Positions 19,636-28,541 of a DNA stretch of 64,000 nt are shown piece by piece; the first letter of the stretch is position 1, and each line of letters starts with the position of its first letter. Source of the DNA: Spirochaetia bacterium (GTDB lineage: Bacteria; Spirochaetota; Spirochaetia; SZUA-6; Bin103); NCBI GenBank assembly GCA_965208575.1, contig CBDBOV010000004.1, positions 736,001 through 800,000 on the forward strand, given 5' to 3'. The notes under the pieces were generated by a model, which did not search any database, was not told where the DNA came from, and saw only the letters and a program-made list of their open reading frames with translations. Made by a program: the position numbers and the translations under genes.

Positions 19636-19948
19636 TACTGTAGCCTGAGGCAGGCTCCGGCACTGACTCTATCGTCTCCAACGTGCGACGCGCAACGGAG
19701 CCGCCACGGGGTGGCACGGTCACTCCGTCACACGGAAGGCGATGGTCGGATGGTCGCGTCCCTCGAGTCCGCGTGCGCTTGACACCTCGGTGCGGGCGTG
19801 CAACGGTCAGCAAGGCAAGGAATGAACGGATGCGACATCACGCCCACGGCCCAGTAACCGACGGCAGTGACGCAGCCGGTCCCCCCGCGGCAACTACTTG
19901 AATCGCAAGCAATAATCACTTCGACTGAGCGCTCCGCGGCCTTCGTCT

Positions 19949-20878
19949 TCAGCTTCCGCGTAGCGGCCCGCTATCTGTGGCGCCGCCTACGGGCGGCATC
20001 GGCGGTTCGGTGCGCCGGGCGTGGCGGATCGGGTCGGCGCCGGCGAACAGCGTCCGGCGCCTGACGGCGGCGTCGCGCCGGCAGCGCTCGAAGTCCGCCT
20101 CGTGCAGCCGGCCCCGCGGTGGGTCGGCGAGGTCAAAGTGCCCGTGGCGGTCCTCGCCGCACGCCAGCCGGACCATCCAGCGCTCGCCGGTGCGCTGCCG
20201 CATCGTGGGCTTGATGTAGCGAATGGCCACGCCGATGCGGCGGTCGTCGGTACCGTTGGGCCCCGAGGCGTGGAACAGGTGGCCGTGGTGCAGCGAGGCC
20301 TGGCCGGTGTGCAGTTCGACGGCCACGCCGTCGTCCTCGTCCACGTCGACGGCGATCTCCTGGCCGCGGCTGAGCTGGTTGTCGGCGGCGAAGGTGTCGA
20401 CGTGCGGGACGATTGGGCGCCGGTGACTGCCGGGCACAAACCGCATGCAGCCGCTGGCGATGGTCGCCGGCGACAGCGCTACCCAGCCGGTGGTTTCCTC
20501 CACGTCGTCCAGGCCCCAGTAGGTCAGATCCTGGTGCCAGGTAACGACCTTGGCCGACTGCGCCTCCTTGGTGAACAGGTTTGCGCTCCACACCAGGAGG
20601 TCCGGCCCGAGCACCTGGGCCACCGCCGCCAGCAGCTTCTCGTTGCGGACCAGCGCGTCGAACGACGGCAGCAGTTGGTTCACGCTGCCGCGCAGGAGCC
20701 CACTCCGCTCGGAATCGTCCGCCAATTCCGCCTCGGCCGCCTCCAGGTCCGCGCGAATCTCCCGTGCCTCGGCCTCGCTGAGCACGTCGATCGGAAACAC
20801 GAATCCGTCCCGCCGATACGTATCGGCCAAACCGTCAGCGCCGTCACCCATATTCCTGATACCTCGCAGACTGGACAT
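19949..20878 (-). CDS. PhyH-family (chlorinating-enzyme-like) Fe(II)/2OG dioxygenase
   Basis: YRRDGFVFP, WHQDLTYW, GCMRFVPGSH and FHASGPN-DRRIG; start at 20878 or 20851. Confidence 0.88.
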   Translation of the reverse strand: MSSLRGIRNMGDGADGLADTYRRDGFVFPIDVLSEAEAREIRADLEAAEAELADDSERSGLLRGSVNQLLPSFDALVRNEKLLAAVAQVLGPDLLVWSANLFTKEAQSAKVVTWHQDLTYWGLDDVEETTGWVALSPATIASGCMRFVPGSHRRPIVPHVDTFAADNQLSRGQEIAVDVDEDDGVAVELHTGQASLHHGHLFHASGPNGTDDRRIGVAIRYIKPTMRQRTGERWMVRLACGEDRHGHFDLADPPRGRLHEADFERCRRDAAVRRRTLFAGADPIRHARRTEPPMPPVGGATDSGPLRGS

Positions 20879-21011
20879 TCGCCGCCCGCCGCGGCGGCGA
20901 TCCGGTATCATAGCATCCAGTCGGGACACCGGTCGGCCGACACTGGAGGCAACCGCCGGTGCGATTGCGGGGTTCGCCGGCCGATAACAAGAAGCAACAG
21001 GGGGCGCTGCC

Positions 21012-21392
21012 ATGATCAAGGGCGTACATACGATGTTCTTCTCGTCGGAGCCGGAAGCGTTGCGCGCGTTCCTGCGCGACAAGCTGGGCTTCGACTCGTT
21101 CACCGACGTCGGCGACGGCTGGCTGATCTTCGACCTGCCGGAGGCGGACATGGGGGTACATCCCGCCGATCCCGCCGGAACCCACGGCCAGCCCGCCGGA
21201 ACGCACGACATCTCGTTCTACTGCGACGACATCCAGGCTACGGTGGCGGACCTGAAGGGCCGTGGCGTGGTGTTCGACGAAGAGCTGGTCGACGCCGGAT
21301 TCGGCTTCACGACCCGGTTCGCGATGCCGGGCGGCGTAAGCGTGCAGCTCTACCAGCCGCACTACGGAAAGGCGCAGGCTGACGCACGGTAG
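21012..21392 (+). CDS. VOC/glyoxalase family protein
   Basis: GVH-F-S-EPEALRAFLRD-LG, DVGDGWLIF and FYCDDI-TV-L. Confidence 0.85.
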   Translation: MIKGVHTMFFSSEPEALRAFLRDKLGFDSFTDVGDGWLIFDLPEADMGVHPADPAGTHGQPAGTHDISFYCDDIQATVADLKGRGVVFDEELVDAGFGFTTRFAMPGGVSVQLYQPHYGKAQADAR

Positions 21393-21422
21393 AGGAGAGA
21401 CCAAGCCCGACACGGTGCGTGG

Positions 21423-23684
21423 TCACCGGTGGCGCACGCCGTGCGGCCCGCCGGTGAGCGGGCGTACGCTGATATCCGAGACAAGAACGGGGCCGGCGGC
21501 GGCGGACAAGCGCAACTCGGGACCGGCGGGACCGGTGCGACGCGCGGCAACAGTGTAGCGCGCGTCGACGCACAGGTCGACGATGCCGCCGATAACGAAC
21601 AGGTCGAGGGTGTAGGGACGATCCAGACCCGCCACCGGTTGCAGCGCCGCTTTCCCGCCGTCCGATGAGGCCCAGTCAAGGGGACCGGAGATTGCCACCC
21701 GCTGCCGGTGCGAGTCTACGTGTACGGCGACCCCGTTGCCGTCCGCATCGGCAAGCCCGACGGTGAACGTGGCGCCGGTGGCCTCGATGCGCAACCGTAT
21801 ACGGACATCGCCCGGAATCTCCGCCAGGCGAACGGACGCGTCCTTCGCTCCCGCCGCCGCCAGGCGCAGCCGGCTGCCGTCCCACGCCATCCCGCCCTCC
21901 CGCGATTCGGGGCGCAGCGCCATCGGCGAGCCGCTGGACGGGAGCATCTCCGGAACGAACTTGGTGCCCAGGCTGCCGTCCGGGAACGGGACCAGCTCGC
22001 GGAACAGCAGGTCGCCGCCCCAGCCGGAATGGCCGATCCAGCCCGCGGTCAAGCGGCGTCCGCCGCGGAACGGCGCCGTCTTGGAGAAGTTCAGGCCGGT
22101 CTGCGGCGGCGGGTGTTGTTCCTGCCACGGGCCGGCGAGCGAGCGCGACCGCCACAGCCGGTTGCCCATGGCAAAGTAGTGCCAGCCGTTCCAGGCGAAC
22201 AGGTGCGGGCACGCACCCATGGTGCCGGCGGGGAGAAAGGGCTCCGCCTGCCGCTGCCAGGCGGCAAGATCGGTGGACCGGTAGTGGGCCACCTGCGGCG
22301 TGCCGTCGGCGGACCGTTCCTGGGCCAGCAGGTGGAACAGTCCGCTGTCCTGGTCGTGGAAGATCGAACAGTCGGCGCAGCCGGTGGCGCTGGTTGGGAC
22401 CACCGGCACCGGATCCTTGCGGAAGCGGATACCGTCGCTGCTGACGGCGTGAAACACGCCGCTGCCGGCGTGCGGCTTGTCCTCGAACTGACAGCGGCCG
22501 CCACAGTCGGTGTAGAACGCGTGGTAGCGGCCGCCGTGGTGGATGAAATCGCCGGTCCCGATGGCGCACTCCCAGGCGTGGCTGAGCGGGACGGCGAGCG
22601 GATGGCGCTCCCAGTTCACCAGGTCGGCGCTGGACAGGTGGGCGTACTGGTGGGCGCCCAGGTTCCACTTGCTGGTGTGGTGGCGGCGGTCGAACAGGTA
22701 GAACAGGTGCAGCAGGGCGCCGTCCCACAGCAGCATGCAATCGCCGGCGTAGACGTTGTAGCCGCGCGGGCGCCAGTGGTGCGGCACCGGCCGCTCCGGA
22801 CCCAGGATCTCCACCGCCCGCTGCTCGACCGCGGCGGCACCGCCGCTGAGCCGGGCGATCTCCGCATCGCTCAATGCGCGGTCCCACAGCGCCACGTGGT
22901 CGATCTGGCCGTGAAAGCCGGTTGCCAACCTGCCCTCGTTCCAGGCCGCGCCGATCAGGAACGGCGGCTCGAAGCGGTGCAGCGCACCGTAGCCCCACTC
23001 CTCGTCCACCAGCACGCCATCCACGAACAGCTCCAGGTTGGGGCCGCGGAAGCGGAACACCACGTCGTGCCAGGCGGTCGCGCCGACCAGGGCTACCGGT
23101 ACGCCCAGGTGCAGCACGCCGGCACGCGCCTCGGCGAGGATCGGGTGGTCGGCGTGGCCGTGCTCGTTGAAGCGGATCACCGGAGCCGCCGGGCGGGTGC
23201 GCCAGCGGTACTCCAGCAGCGCCCGCGAACCCGCCAGCCGGTAGGGGCCGCCCCGCTCGGCGAACAGGTGGTACCAGGGAGTGGCCGGTCCACGCTCGCC
23301 TGCGCTTCCGTAGTGCAGCGGCTTGGCTGCCCCGTCGGTGCCGGACAGGATCGAGGCGAGCGCATCGTCGCGGTCGTCGCGCGCGAACAGCGGCGCATCC
23401 AGGCGGCCGGTCGGGTCGCGCAGCCGCATGCACAGGCTCATCGCAGCGCCGCGCAGGCCGCCACCACCCGGCCCGGCTGTCTGGAGATACCCGCCTGCGA
23501 ACTGCGCCACCGTGCCGTTGCCGCCGCGGGCCAGCGATGCCTCCCGCTCCGCCCCGTGCAGCGGAACGCCAAGCTGCACCGCACCCTGGACCGCCGGGTC
23601 GGCAGCTGCCTCACCCTCGCTCCCGCTCATGTGCCAGGCTACCAGCGCGTCGGCGAACGGGCTGGGGTCAAGTTCCGGGCTCAT
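21423..23684 (-). CDS. LamG-like domain plus GH32-like five-bladed beta-propeller / beta-sandwich protein
   Basis: WHDVV...LFVDGVLVD...FHGQIDHVALWDRAL (LamG); GDC, HLSSADLVNW, GTGD and REL (GH32-like); RBS before ATG 23684. Confidence 0.75.
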   Translation of the reverse strand: MSPELDPSPFADALVAWHMSGSEGEAAADPAVQGAVQLGVPLHGAEREASLARGGNGTVAQFAGGYLQTAGPGGGGLRGAAMSLCMRLRDPTGRLDAPLFARDDRDDALASILSGTDGAAKPLHYGSAGERGPATPWYHLFAERGGPYRLAGSRALLEYRWRTRPAAPVIRFNEHGHADHPILAEARAGVLHLGVPVALVGATAWHDVVFRFRGPNLELFVDGVLVDEEWGYGALHRFEPPFLIGAAWNEGRLATGFHGQIDHVALWDRALSDAEIARLSGGAAAVEQRAVEILGPERPVPHHWRPRGYNVYAGDCMLLWDGALLHLFYLFDRRHHTSKWNLGAHQYAHLSSADLVNWERHPLAVPLSHAWECAIGTGDFIHHGGRYHAFYTDCGGRCQFEDKPHAGSGVFHAVSSDGIRFRKDPVPVVPTSATGCADCSIFHDQDSGLFHLLAQERSADGTPQVAHYRSTDLAAWQRQAEPFLPAGTMGACPHLFAWNGWHYFAMGNRLWRSRSLAGPWQEQHPPPQTGLNFSKTAPFRGGRRLTAGWIGHSGWGGDLLFRELVPFPDGSLGTKFVPEMLPSSGSPMALRPESREGGMAWDGSRLRLAAAGAKDASVRLAEIPGDVRIRLRIEATGATFTVGLADADGNGVAVHVDSHRQRVAISGPLDWASSDGGKAALQPVAGLDRPYTLDLFVIGGIVDLCVDARYTVAARRTGPAGPELRLSAAAGPVLVSDISVRPLTGGPHGVRHR

Positions 23685-24159
23685 CTGTACGACATCTCCT
23701 TCCCCGTGTCCTTCACCGTGACTGTTTCGCTCCATCGTCGTACGCATACCATGCGGGGAGACGGCGCGGTGCCGCAATGGCGGGCTCTCCATGGTTCCGG
23801 CGAGCCGCAAACATTCCATGCCCGTGCATGCATGTGGTACGGTCCCGGCATGCGTGCCACCACCGAACCGCCCGACGGCGTTGGTCGGCGAGTCGTTTCG
23901 GCGGCGGCGCGGAACCTCAGGGGCTGCTCGCAGGTCATCGTGGACGCGCCGCGCCCCTGCTTCGACGGCGGACAGGACATTCGGCAGAGCGTGGCAGCCC
24001 GCGTGCGCGGCTCACTCAACCGGCAAGCGGCAGAGCGCGAACGCCGCCGCCTGGCCGAGATGAGGGCCAACTGGCGCACGTGATCGTTCTCGAGACTCCG
24101 ATCACTTCGACTCCACGAGTGGTCCGCCGCCTGCGCACCATGCAAAGGTGAGCGCGGGC

Positions 24160-25581
24160 ATGGAACAACGCCACCTGGTGCTCGATTCGCGGGTGATCGA
24201 GCGCGCCGACGACGCGCGGCTGCGCGTCGCCGAGGCAGCCAAGAGTGCGGCAAACCCGCTGTTCGGGGAGGACCGGCCGTGGGAGATGCGCTTCGACAAC
24301 CTGTATCCCAACGTGTTGTGGGACGCGGAGGAAGGGCTCTACAAGTGCTGGTACAGCCCGTTCTGCGTCGACTACCGGTCGGGCGGCATGACCCTGGAAC
24401 AGCGGCAGGGCACGCGCTACAGCGGCCCGCCCGAGCGCGAAATGGCGCTGTGCTACGCCACTTCGCGCGACGGCATCGCGTGGCAGAAGCCGGAGCTTGG
24501 CCTGGTCGACTACCGCGGCAGCCGCGCCAACAACATCGTGCTGCGCGGGCCGCACGGCGCCGGGGTGGTCAAGGATGCGCGCGAAGCCGATCCCGCCCGT
24601 CGTTACAAGATGTTCACGTCGCTGTCCGAGCAGGAGCTGGCGGTGGCGTTCTCGGCGGACGGCATTCGCTGGGGCCGGTTCCACCCCTGCCCCGCCGTCA
24701 ACCCGTACCAGGTGGACGGCACCCACTACCACGCGCTGTGGGTAAAGGAGCGCGGCGAGTACGTCGGCTTTACGCGGCTGCGCGACCCGCGCAGCACCGG
24801 CGCGGCCGCGGTGGACGGCATCCGCGGCGCCTGGCCGCCGCGCCAGGTGGGCCGCACCGCGAGCGCCGACTTCCTGCACTGGAGCGCGGCCACCGCCGTG
24901 CTGGAGGGAACCGACGAGAGCCTGCAGATCTACTCGATGCCGGTGTTCCGGCACGGCAGCCTCTATCTCGGCCTGCCGGCAATCCACGACCAGCACAGCG
25001 ACCGGGTATGGACCGAGCTCGCCTGGAGCCCCGACACCGTCACCTGGCACCGCGTCTGCCCCGGCTCGCCGCTCATCGCCAACGCCGGCCTGACCGGCAG
25101 CCATGATTGGGGCTGCGCCTACGCCGCCGCCCACCCGGTGATCCTGGGCGACGAGATCCGCCTCTACTACGGCGCCAGCAACTACCAGCACACGAACTGG
25201 CGCGATGGCTTCCTGTGCCTGGCGACGCTGCGCCCCGACGGTTTCGCATACTACGAGCAGGCCCGCGGCGACCGCCCCGCCATCGTGGTGACCGCCCCGC
25301 TCGCCTGGAGCGGCGCCGCCCTGCGCGTCACCGCCGACCTGTCCCCGATCGGCTCGCTCGACATCTCGGTGTTTGAACCCGCGGCAAGCCGCCCCCTCGC
25401 TCATGGCCAGGTAACCCGCACCGCCACCGACTGTGCCGTGACCTGGAGCGACCCGCCTGCCGGCGCGCTCGCGGGCCGGCCCGTCCGCCTGCGGTTCACG
25501 CTCAACGGAGCCCGCCTCTACTCGTTCGGCTTCGCGTCCGATACCGCCCGCACGCCGGGCACGCCGGGCACGCCGGACTGA
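24160..25581 (+). CDS. Putative glycosyl-hydrolase-like beta-propeller protein
   Basis: NPLF-D-PWE, YATSRDGI-W-KP-LG, Asp-box-like S-DG-W repeats and LRPDGF. Confidence 0.7.
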   Translation: MEQRHLVLDSRVIERADDARLRVAEAAKSAANPLFGEDRPWEMRFDNLYPNVLWDAEEGLYKCWYSPFCVDYRSGGMTLEQRQGTRYSGPPEREMALCYATSRDGIAWQKPELGLVDYRGSRANNIVLRGPHGAGVVKDAREADPARRYKMFTSLSEQELAVAFSADGIRWGRFHPCPAVNPYQVDGTHYHALWVKERGEYVGFTRLRDPRSTGAAAVDGIRGAWPPRQVGRTASADFLHWSAATAVLEGTDESLQIYSMPVFRHGSLYLGLPAIHDQHSDRVWTELAWSPDTVTWHRVCPGSPLIANAGLTGSHDWGCAYAAAHPVILGDEIRLYYGASNYQHTNWRDGFLCLATLRPDGFAYYEQARGDRPAIVVTAPLAWSGAALRVTADLSPIGSLDISVFEPAASRPLAHGQVTRTATDCAVTWSDPPAGALAGRPVRLRFTLNGARLYSFGFASDTARTPGTPGTPD

Positions 25582-25635
25582 CCGGTTGTGCGCCGCAATG
25601 CCGGCTGTTAAGATCGCCCTGCCCTTCGGGGGCCA

Positions 25636-25712
25636 AAGGATGCAAGGTTGCGCGCATACATAATCCGCCGGCTGCTGCTGATGATCCCGACGGCGTTCCT
25701 GATCAGCGTGAT
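25636..25712 (+). repeat. 80-bp-offset stub copy of the permease-B RBS and 5' end
   Basis: TTG 25648 versus TTG 25728; the first 21 codons give the same protein with five synonymous differences. Confidence 0.88.
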
Positions 25713-25727
25713 ACCAAGGATGAATAG

Positions 25728-26717
25728 TTGCGCGCGTACATAATCCGCCGCCTGCTGCTCATGATCCCTACGGCGTTCCTTATCAGCGTGATGCTGTTTC
25801 TGCTCATGCGCCTGGTCCCCGGCGACGTGATCGACGTGATGATCGCCCAGTTGGCCGAATCGGCCGAGGAGATCGAGCTTGACCGTGAGGAGTTGGAACG
25901 CAAGCTCGGCATCGACGCGCCGCTGATCGTCCAGTACGGACGGTTTCTCGGCGTGGCGCCGAACGTGGACGGCCAAATCAGCGGCGTGCTGCAGGGCGAC
26001 TTCGGCACCTCCTGGCGGGAGCGCCTGACGGTGACCGAGCTGCTGTTCAAGAAGATACCGGTGACCATGGAGCTCGGGCTGATGGGCCTGATCATCGCGC
26101 AGCTCATCGCCATCCCGATCGGCGTCTACTCGGCCCTGCGGCAGGATACCTGGGGCGACTACGTGGGGCGCAGCTTCGCGATCCTGTCGATCTCGGTGCC
26201 CGGCTTCTGGCTGGCGACGATGGTGATCGTGTACCCGTCGATCTGGTGGGGCTACATGCCCTCCATCTGGCTGATCAAGTTCGCCGACGACCCGCTGGGC
26301 AACATCAAGATGTTCATCGTGCCGGCCATCGTGCTGGCGCTGGCGATGGCCGGCGGCACCATGCGCATGACGCGGACCATGACCCTGGAGGTGATCCGCA
26401 ACGACTACATCAGGACGGCGTGGGCGAAGGGGCTGGCCGAGGCCCTGGTGGTGAGCCGGCACGCCCTCAAGAACGCGTTCATCCCCGTGGTCACCATCGT
26501 CGGCCTGCAGATACCGATCCTGATCGGCGGCACGGTGATCATCGAGCAGATCTTCATGCTGCCCGGCATGGGGCGGCTGATCGTGGAGTCGCTGCTGGTG
26601 CGCGACTACCCGGTGGTAATGGGCATCATGCTGTTCTTCAGCATCGGCCTGATGCTGACCAATTTGGTGGTGGATCTCACCTACGGCTTCCTGGACCCGA
26701 GGATCCGCTCGTCATGA
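25728..26717 (+). CDS. Opp/Dpp-type ABC permease (B subunit)
   Basis: RAYIIRRLL, PGD, YIRTAWAKGL and LDPRIR. Confidence 0.93.
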   Translation: MRAYIIRRLLLMIPTAFLISVMLFLLMRLVPGDVIDVMIAQLAESAEEIELDREELERKLGIDAPLIVQYGRFLGVAPNVDGQISGVLQGDFGTSWRERLTVTELLFKKIPVTMELGLMGLIIAQLIAIPIGVYSALRQDTWGDYVGRSFAILSISVPGFWLATMVIVYPSIWWGYMPSIWLIKFADDPLGNIKMFIVPAIVLALAMAGGTMRMTRTMTLEVIRNDYIRTAWAKGLAEALVVSRHALKNAFIPVVTIVGLQIPILIGGTVIIEQIFMLPGMGRLIVESLLVRDYPVVMGIMLFFSIGLMLTNLVVDLTYGFLDPRIRSS

Positions 26718-27652
26718 GTAGTGTCGGGATGCCGGAGAGCGTGCGCCGGTCGGCCGTGGTCACTTTCTTCCGGCGCATCGTCAAGGAGAAGCCGCTCGGC
26801 ACCGTGGGTGCCGTGATCACCGCGCTGCTCCTGCTGGTGGGGATTTTCGCCGACCTGCTGGCGCCGTACGGGATGAACGAAACCAACATGGAGCAGCCGT
26901 TGGCCTCCCCCTCCGACAGCAACTGGCTGGGCACCGACGACCTGGGCCGCGACGTGTTGACGCGGGTCATCTACGGCGCGCGGGTGTCGGTGATCGTGGG
27001 CCTGGCGGGCGCCACTCTCGCCACGCTGATCTCTCTCCTGATCGGCCTCATTTCGGGTTACCTGGGCGGCACCTTCGACCTGCTGACCCAGCGGCTCGTC
27101 GATGCCTGGATGTCGCTGCCGGACCTGATCGTGCTCATGGTGATCATTGCATTCCTCGGCGGCGGCATGGTGCCGATCATCGTGGTGCTCGGCGTGGCGG
27201 GGGGCATCACCGGCTCGCGCATCATCCGCGGCGCGGTGATCAGCACCAAGGAGGACGCCTACGTGATGGCGGCGGCGGCGATCGGCGGGCGCACCACGCG
27301 CGTCCTGCTGCGCCACATTCTGCCCAACGTGCTCGCGCCCGCGGTGATCCTGCTCACGCTGCGCATTCCGGCGATCATTCTCTCCGAGGCCAGCCTCAGC
27401 TTCCTCGGCTTCGGCATCCAGCCGCCGTTCCCGAGTTGGGGCGCCATGCTCAGCGGACGCAGCCGCGAGTTCATGTTCGTGGCGCCGTGGACCGTGCTGT
27501 GGCCGGGCCTCGCCCTCGCCACCGTCGTGTACGGCACCAACATGTTCGGCGACGCCGCCCGCGACATCCTCGACCCCAAGCTGCGCGGCGGCGTCGGGCG
27601 GTTCAGCGCCAAGGTGGTCAGGACGGCGCGGCGCACCAAGTCCAAACGCTGA
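26714..27652 (+). CDS. Opp/Dpp-type ABC permease (C subunit), copy 1
   Basis: ATGA overlap with permease B; WLGTDDLGRD, HILPN and GDAARDILDP. Confidence 0.92.
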   Translation: MSSVGMPESVRRSAVVTFFRRIVKEKPLGTVGAVITALLLLVGIFADLLAPYGMNETNMEQPLASPSDSNWLGTDDLGRDVLTRVIYGARVSVIVGLAGATLATLISLLIGLISGYLGGTFDLLTQRLVDAWMSLPDLIVLMVIIAFLGGGMVPIIVVLGVAGGITGSRIIRGAVISTKEDAYVMAAAAIGGRTTRVLLRHILPNVLAPAVILLTLRIPAIILSEASLSFLGFGIQPPFPSWGAMLSGRSREFMFVAPWTVLWPGLALATVVYGTNMFGDAARDILDPKLRGGVGRFSAKVVRTARRTKSKR

Positions 27653-27778
27653 TCACGACTTCCGCGCAGCGCCGCGTCCTGTCGTTAGCGCGCCTGCTTC
27701 GCGACCTTGTGCTCCGACAGCACCCAGCTTTCCTGAAATCTGAGAACGGGTACTCGTCGGCGACACGACCGACACCGA

Positions 27779-28132
27779 TCAAGCAAGAGGGAGATAGGTA
27801 ACCGAGTCGATCCAGTCTTCACCATCGCTGCACTGCACAACGAGGAGCATATCATCAATGATTTGAGCGACCGGAGTGCGGACGTGTACGACGAATACCC
27901 CCGGCATCGGTTCTCCCTGCGTTACCCGTTCGAGGGCAAAGGCAGGCACCGTACGACGATCGTGGGTAAGCAGGACTCGTCGGTGGTCAGCAGCCCAACT
28001 CAGTATCGCACGGTCATCGGTCTGCCCCAAACCCACGTCTTGTACGCGGATCAGGTCAATGGTCGGCATGCGCCGCATCAAGCCACGCACGATGTGGTTG
28101 TCGAAGTTCTCGTCACTCAGCAGACGGAGCAA
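27779..28132 (-). CDS. DUF5615 PIN-like toxin
   Basis: LRLLSDENF, VQDVGL-DD-IL-WA, VLLTHD and PGV; TTG start overlaps the antitoxin. Confidence 0.85.
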   Translation of the reverse strand: MLRLLSDENFDNHIVRGLMRRMPTIDLIRVQDVGLGQTDDRAILSWAADHRRVLLTHDRRTVPAFALERVTQGEPMPGVFVVHVRTPVAQIIDDMLLVVQCSDGEDWIDSVTYLPLA

Positions 28133-28463
28133 GCCGATCGCCCTTGGCTCGTCGCAGGAGTCGTTCCCGAACGCCACTCTGGTCCGGTTTCGCTGCCCGG
28201 ACTCGGTCACGCACGTGTAGGGCCTCGCGGTCGCAACGGCGCATATACTCGTCGATCCGCTCTCGATGAGTCAGGCAATAGGCCAGCACGGCGTATACAT
28301 CCGCGAGGCTCAGCGTGTCGTACGACTGGACGATGGTCTCGGGAGTAGCACCACAACGAAACGCATGTACCACGACCTCCAGCAAGACGCGCGTATCGCC
28401 GACGCGGAAAACTCCTGGCGGATCTTCTCTGAGAGGAACCGTCACGGGCTCGATCTTGGTCAT
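28113..28463 (-). CDS. DUF433 antitoxin
   Basis: RVGDTRV-LE-VV-F-GATPE-I-Y-L-LADVY--LAY. Confidence 0.87.
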   Translation of the reverse strand: MTKIEPVTVPLREDPPGVFRVGDTRVLLEVVVHAFRCGATPETIVQSYDTLSLADVYAVLAYCLTHRERIDEYMRRCDREALHVRDRVRAAKPDQSGVRERLLRRAKGDRLAPSAE

Positions 28464-28541
28464 GCCGATGCGCGACGTGCGTGCCATGAAGAAACCATGA
28501 TACCGGTCCGGCACGCTGGCTGCAAACCGCGAACAATCCGA

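Noticed and set aside
23850-24083. Short plus-strand ORF ending AEMRANWRT
   Set aside because: Possibly a gene fragment, but I cannot assign a family or a supported start.
25549-25578. 9-bp x3 repeat (and MAG x3 at 63398-63420)
   Set aside because: In-frame, low copy number and at protein termini; unlikely to act as switches.
25636-25790. Stub/gene pairs as DGR template and variable repeats
   Set aside because: Mismatches are not adenine-specific and no reverse transcriptase is present in the window.
27660-27780. Integron attC site before the TA module
   Set aside because: No convincing RYYYAAC...GTTRRRY pair and no integron integrase.
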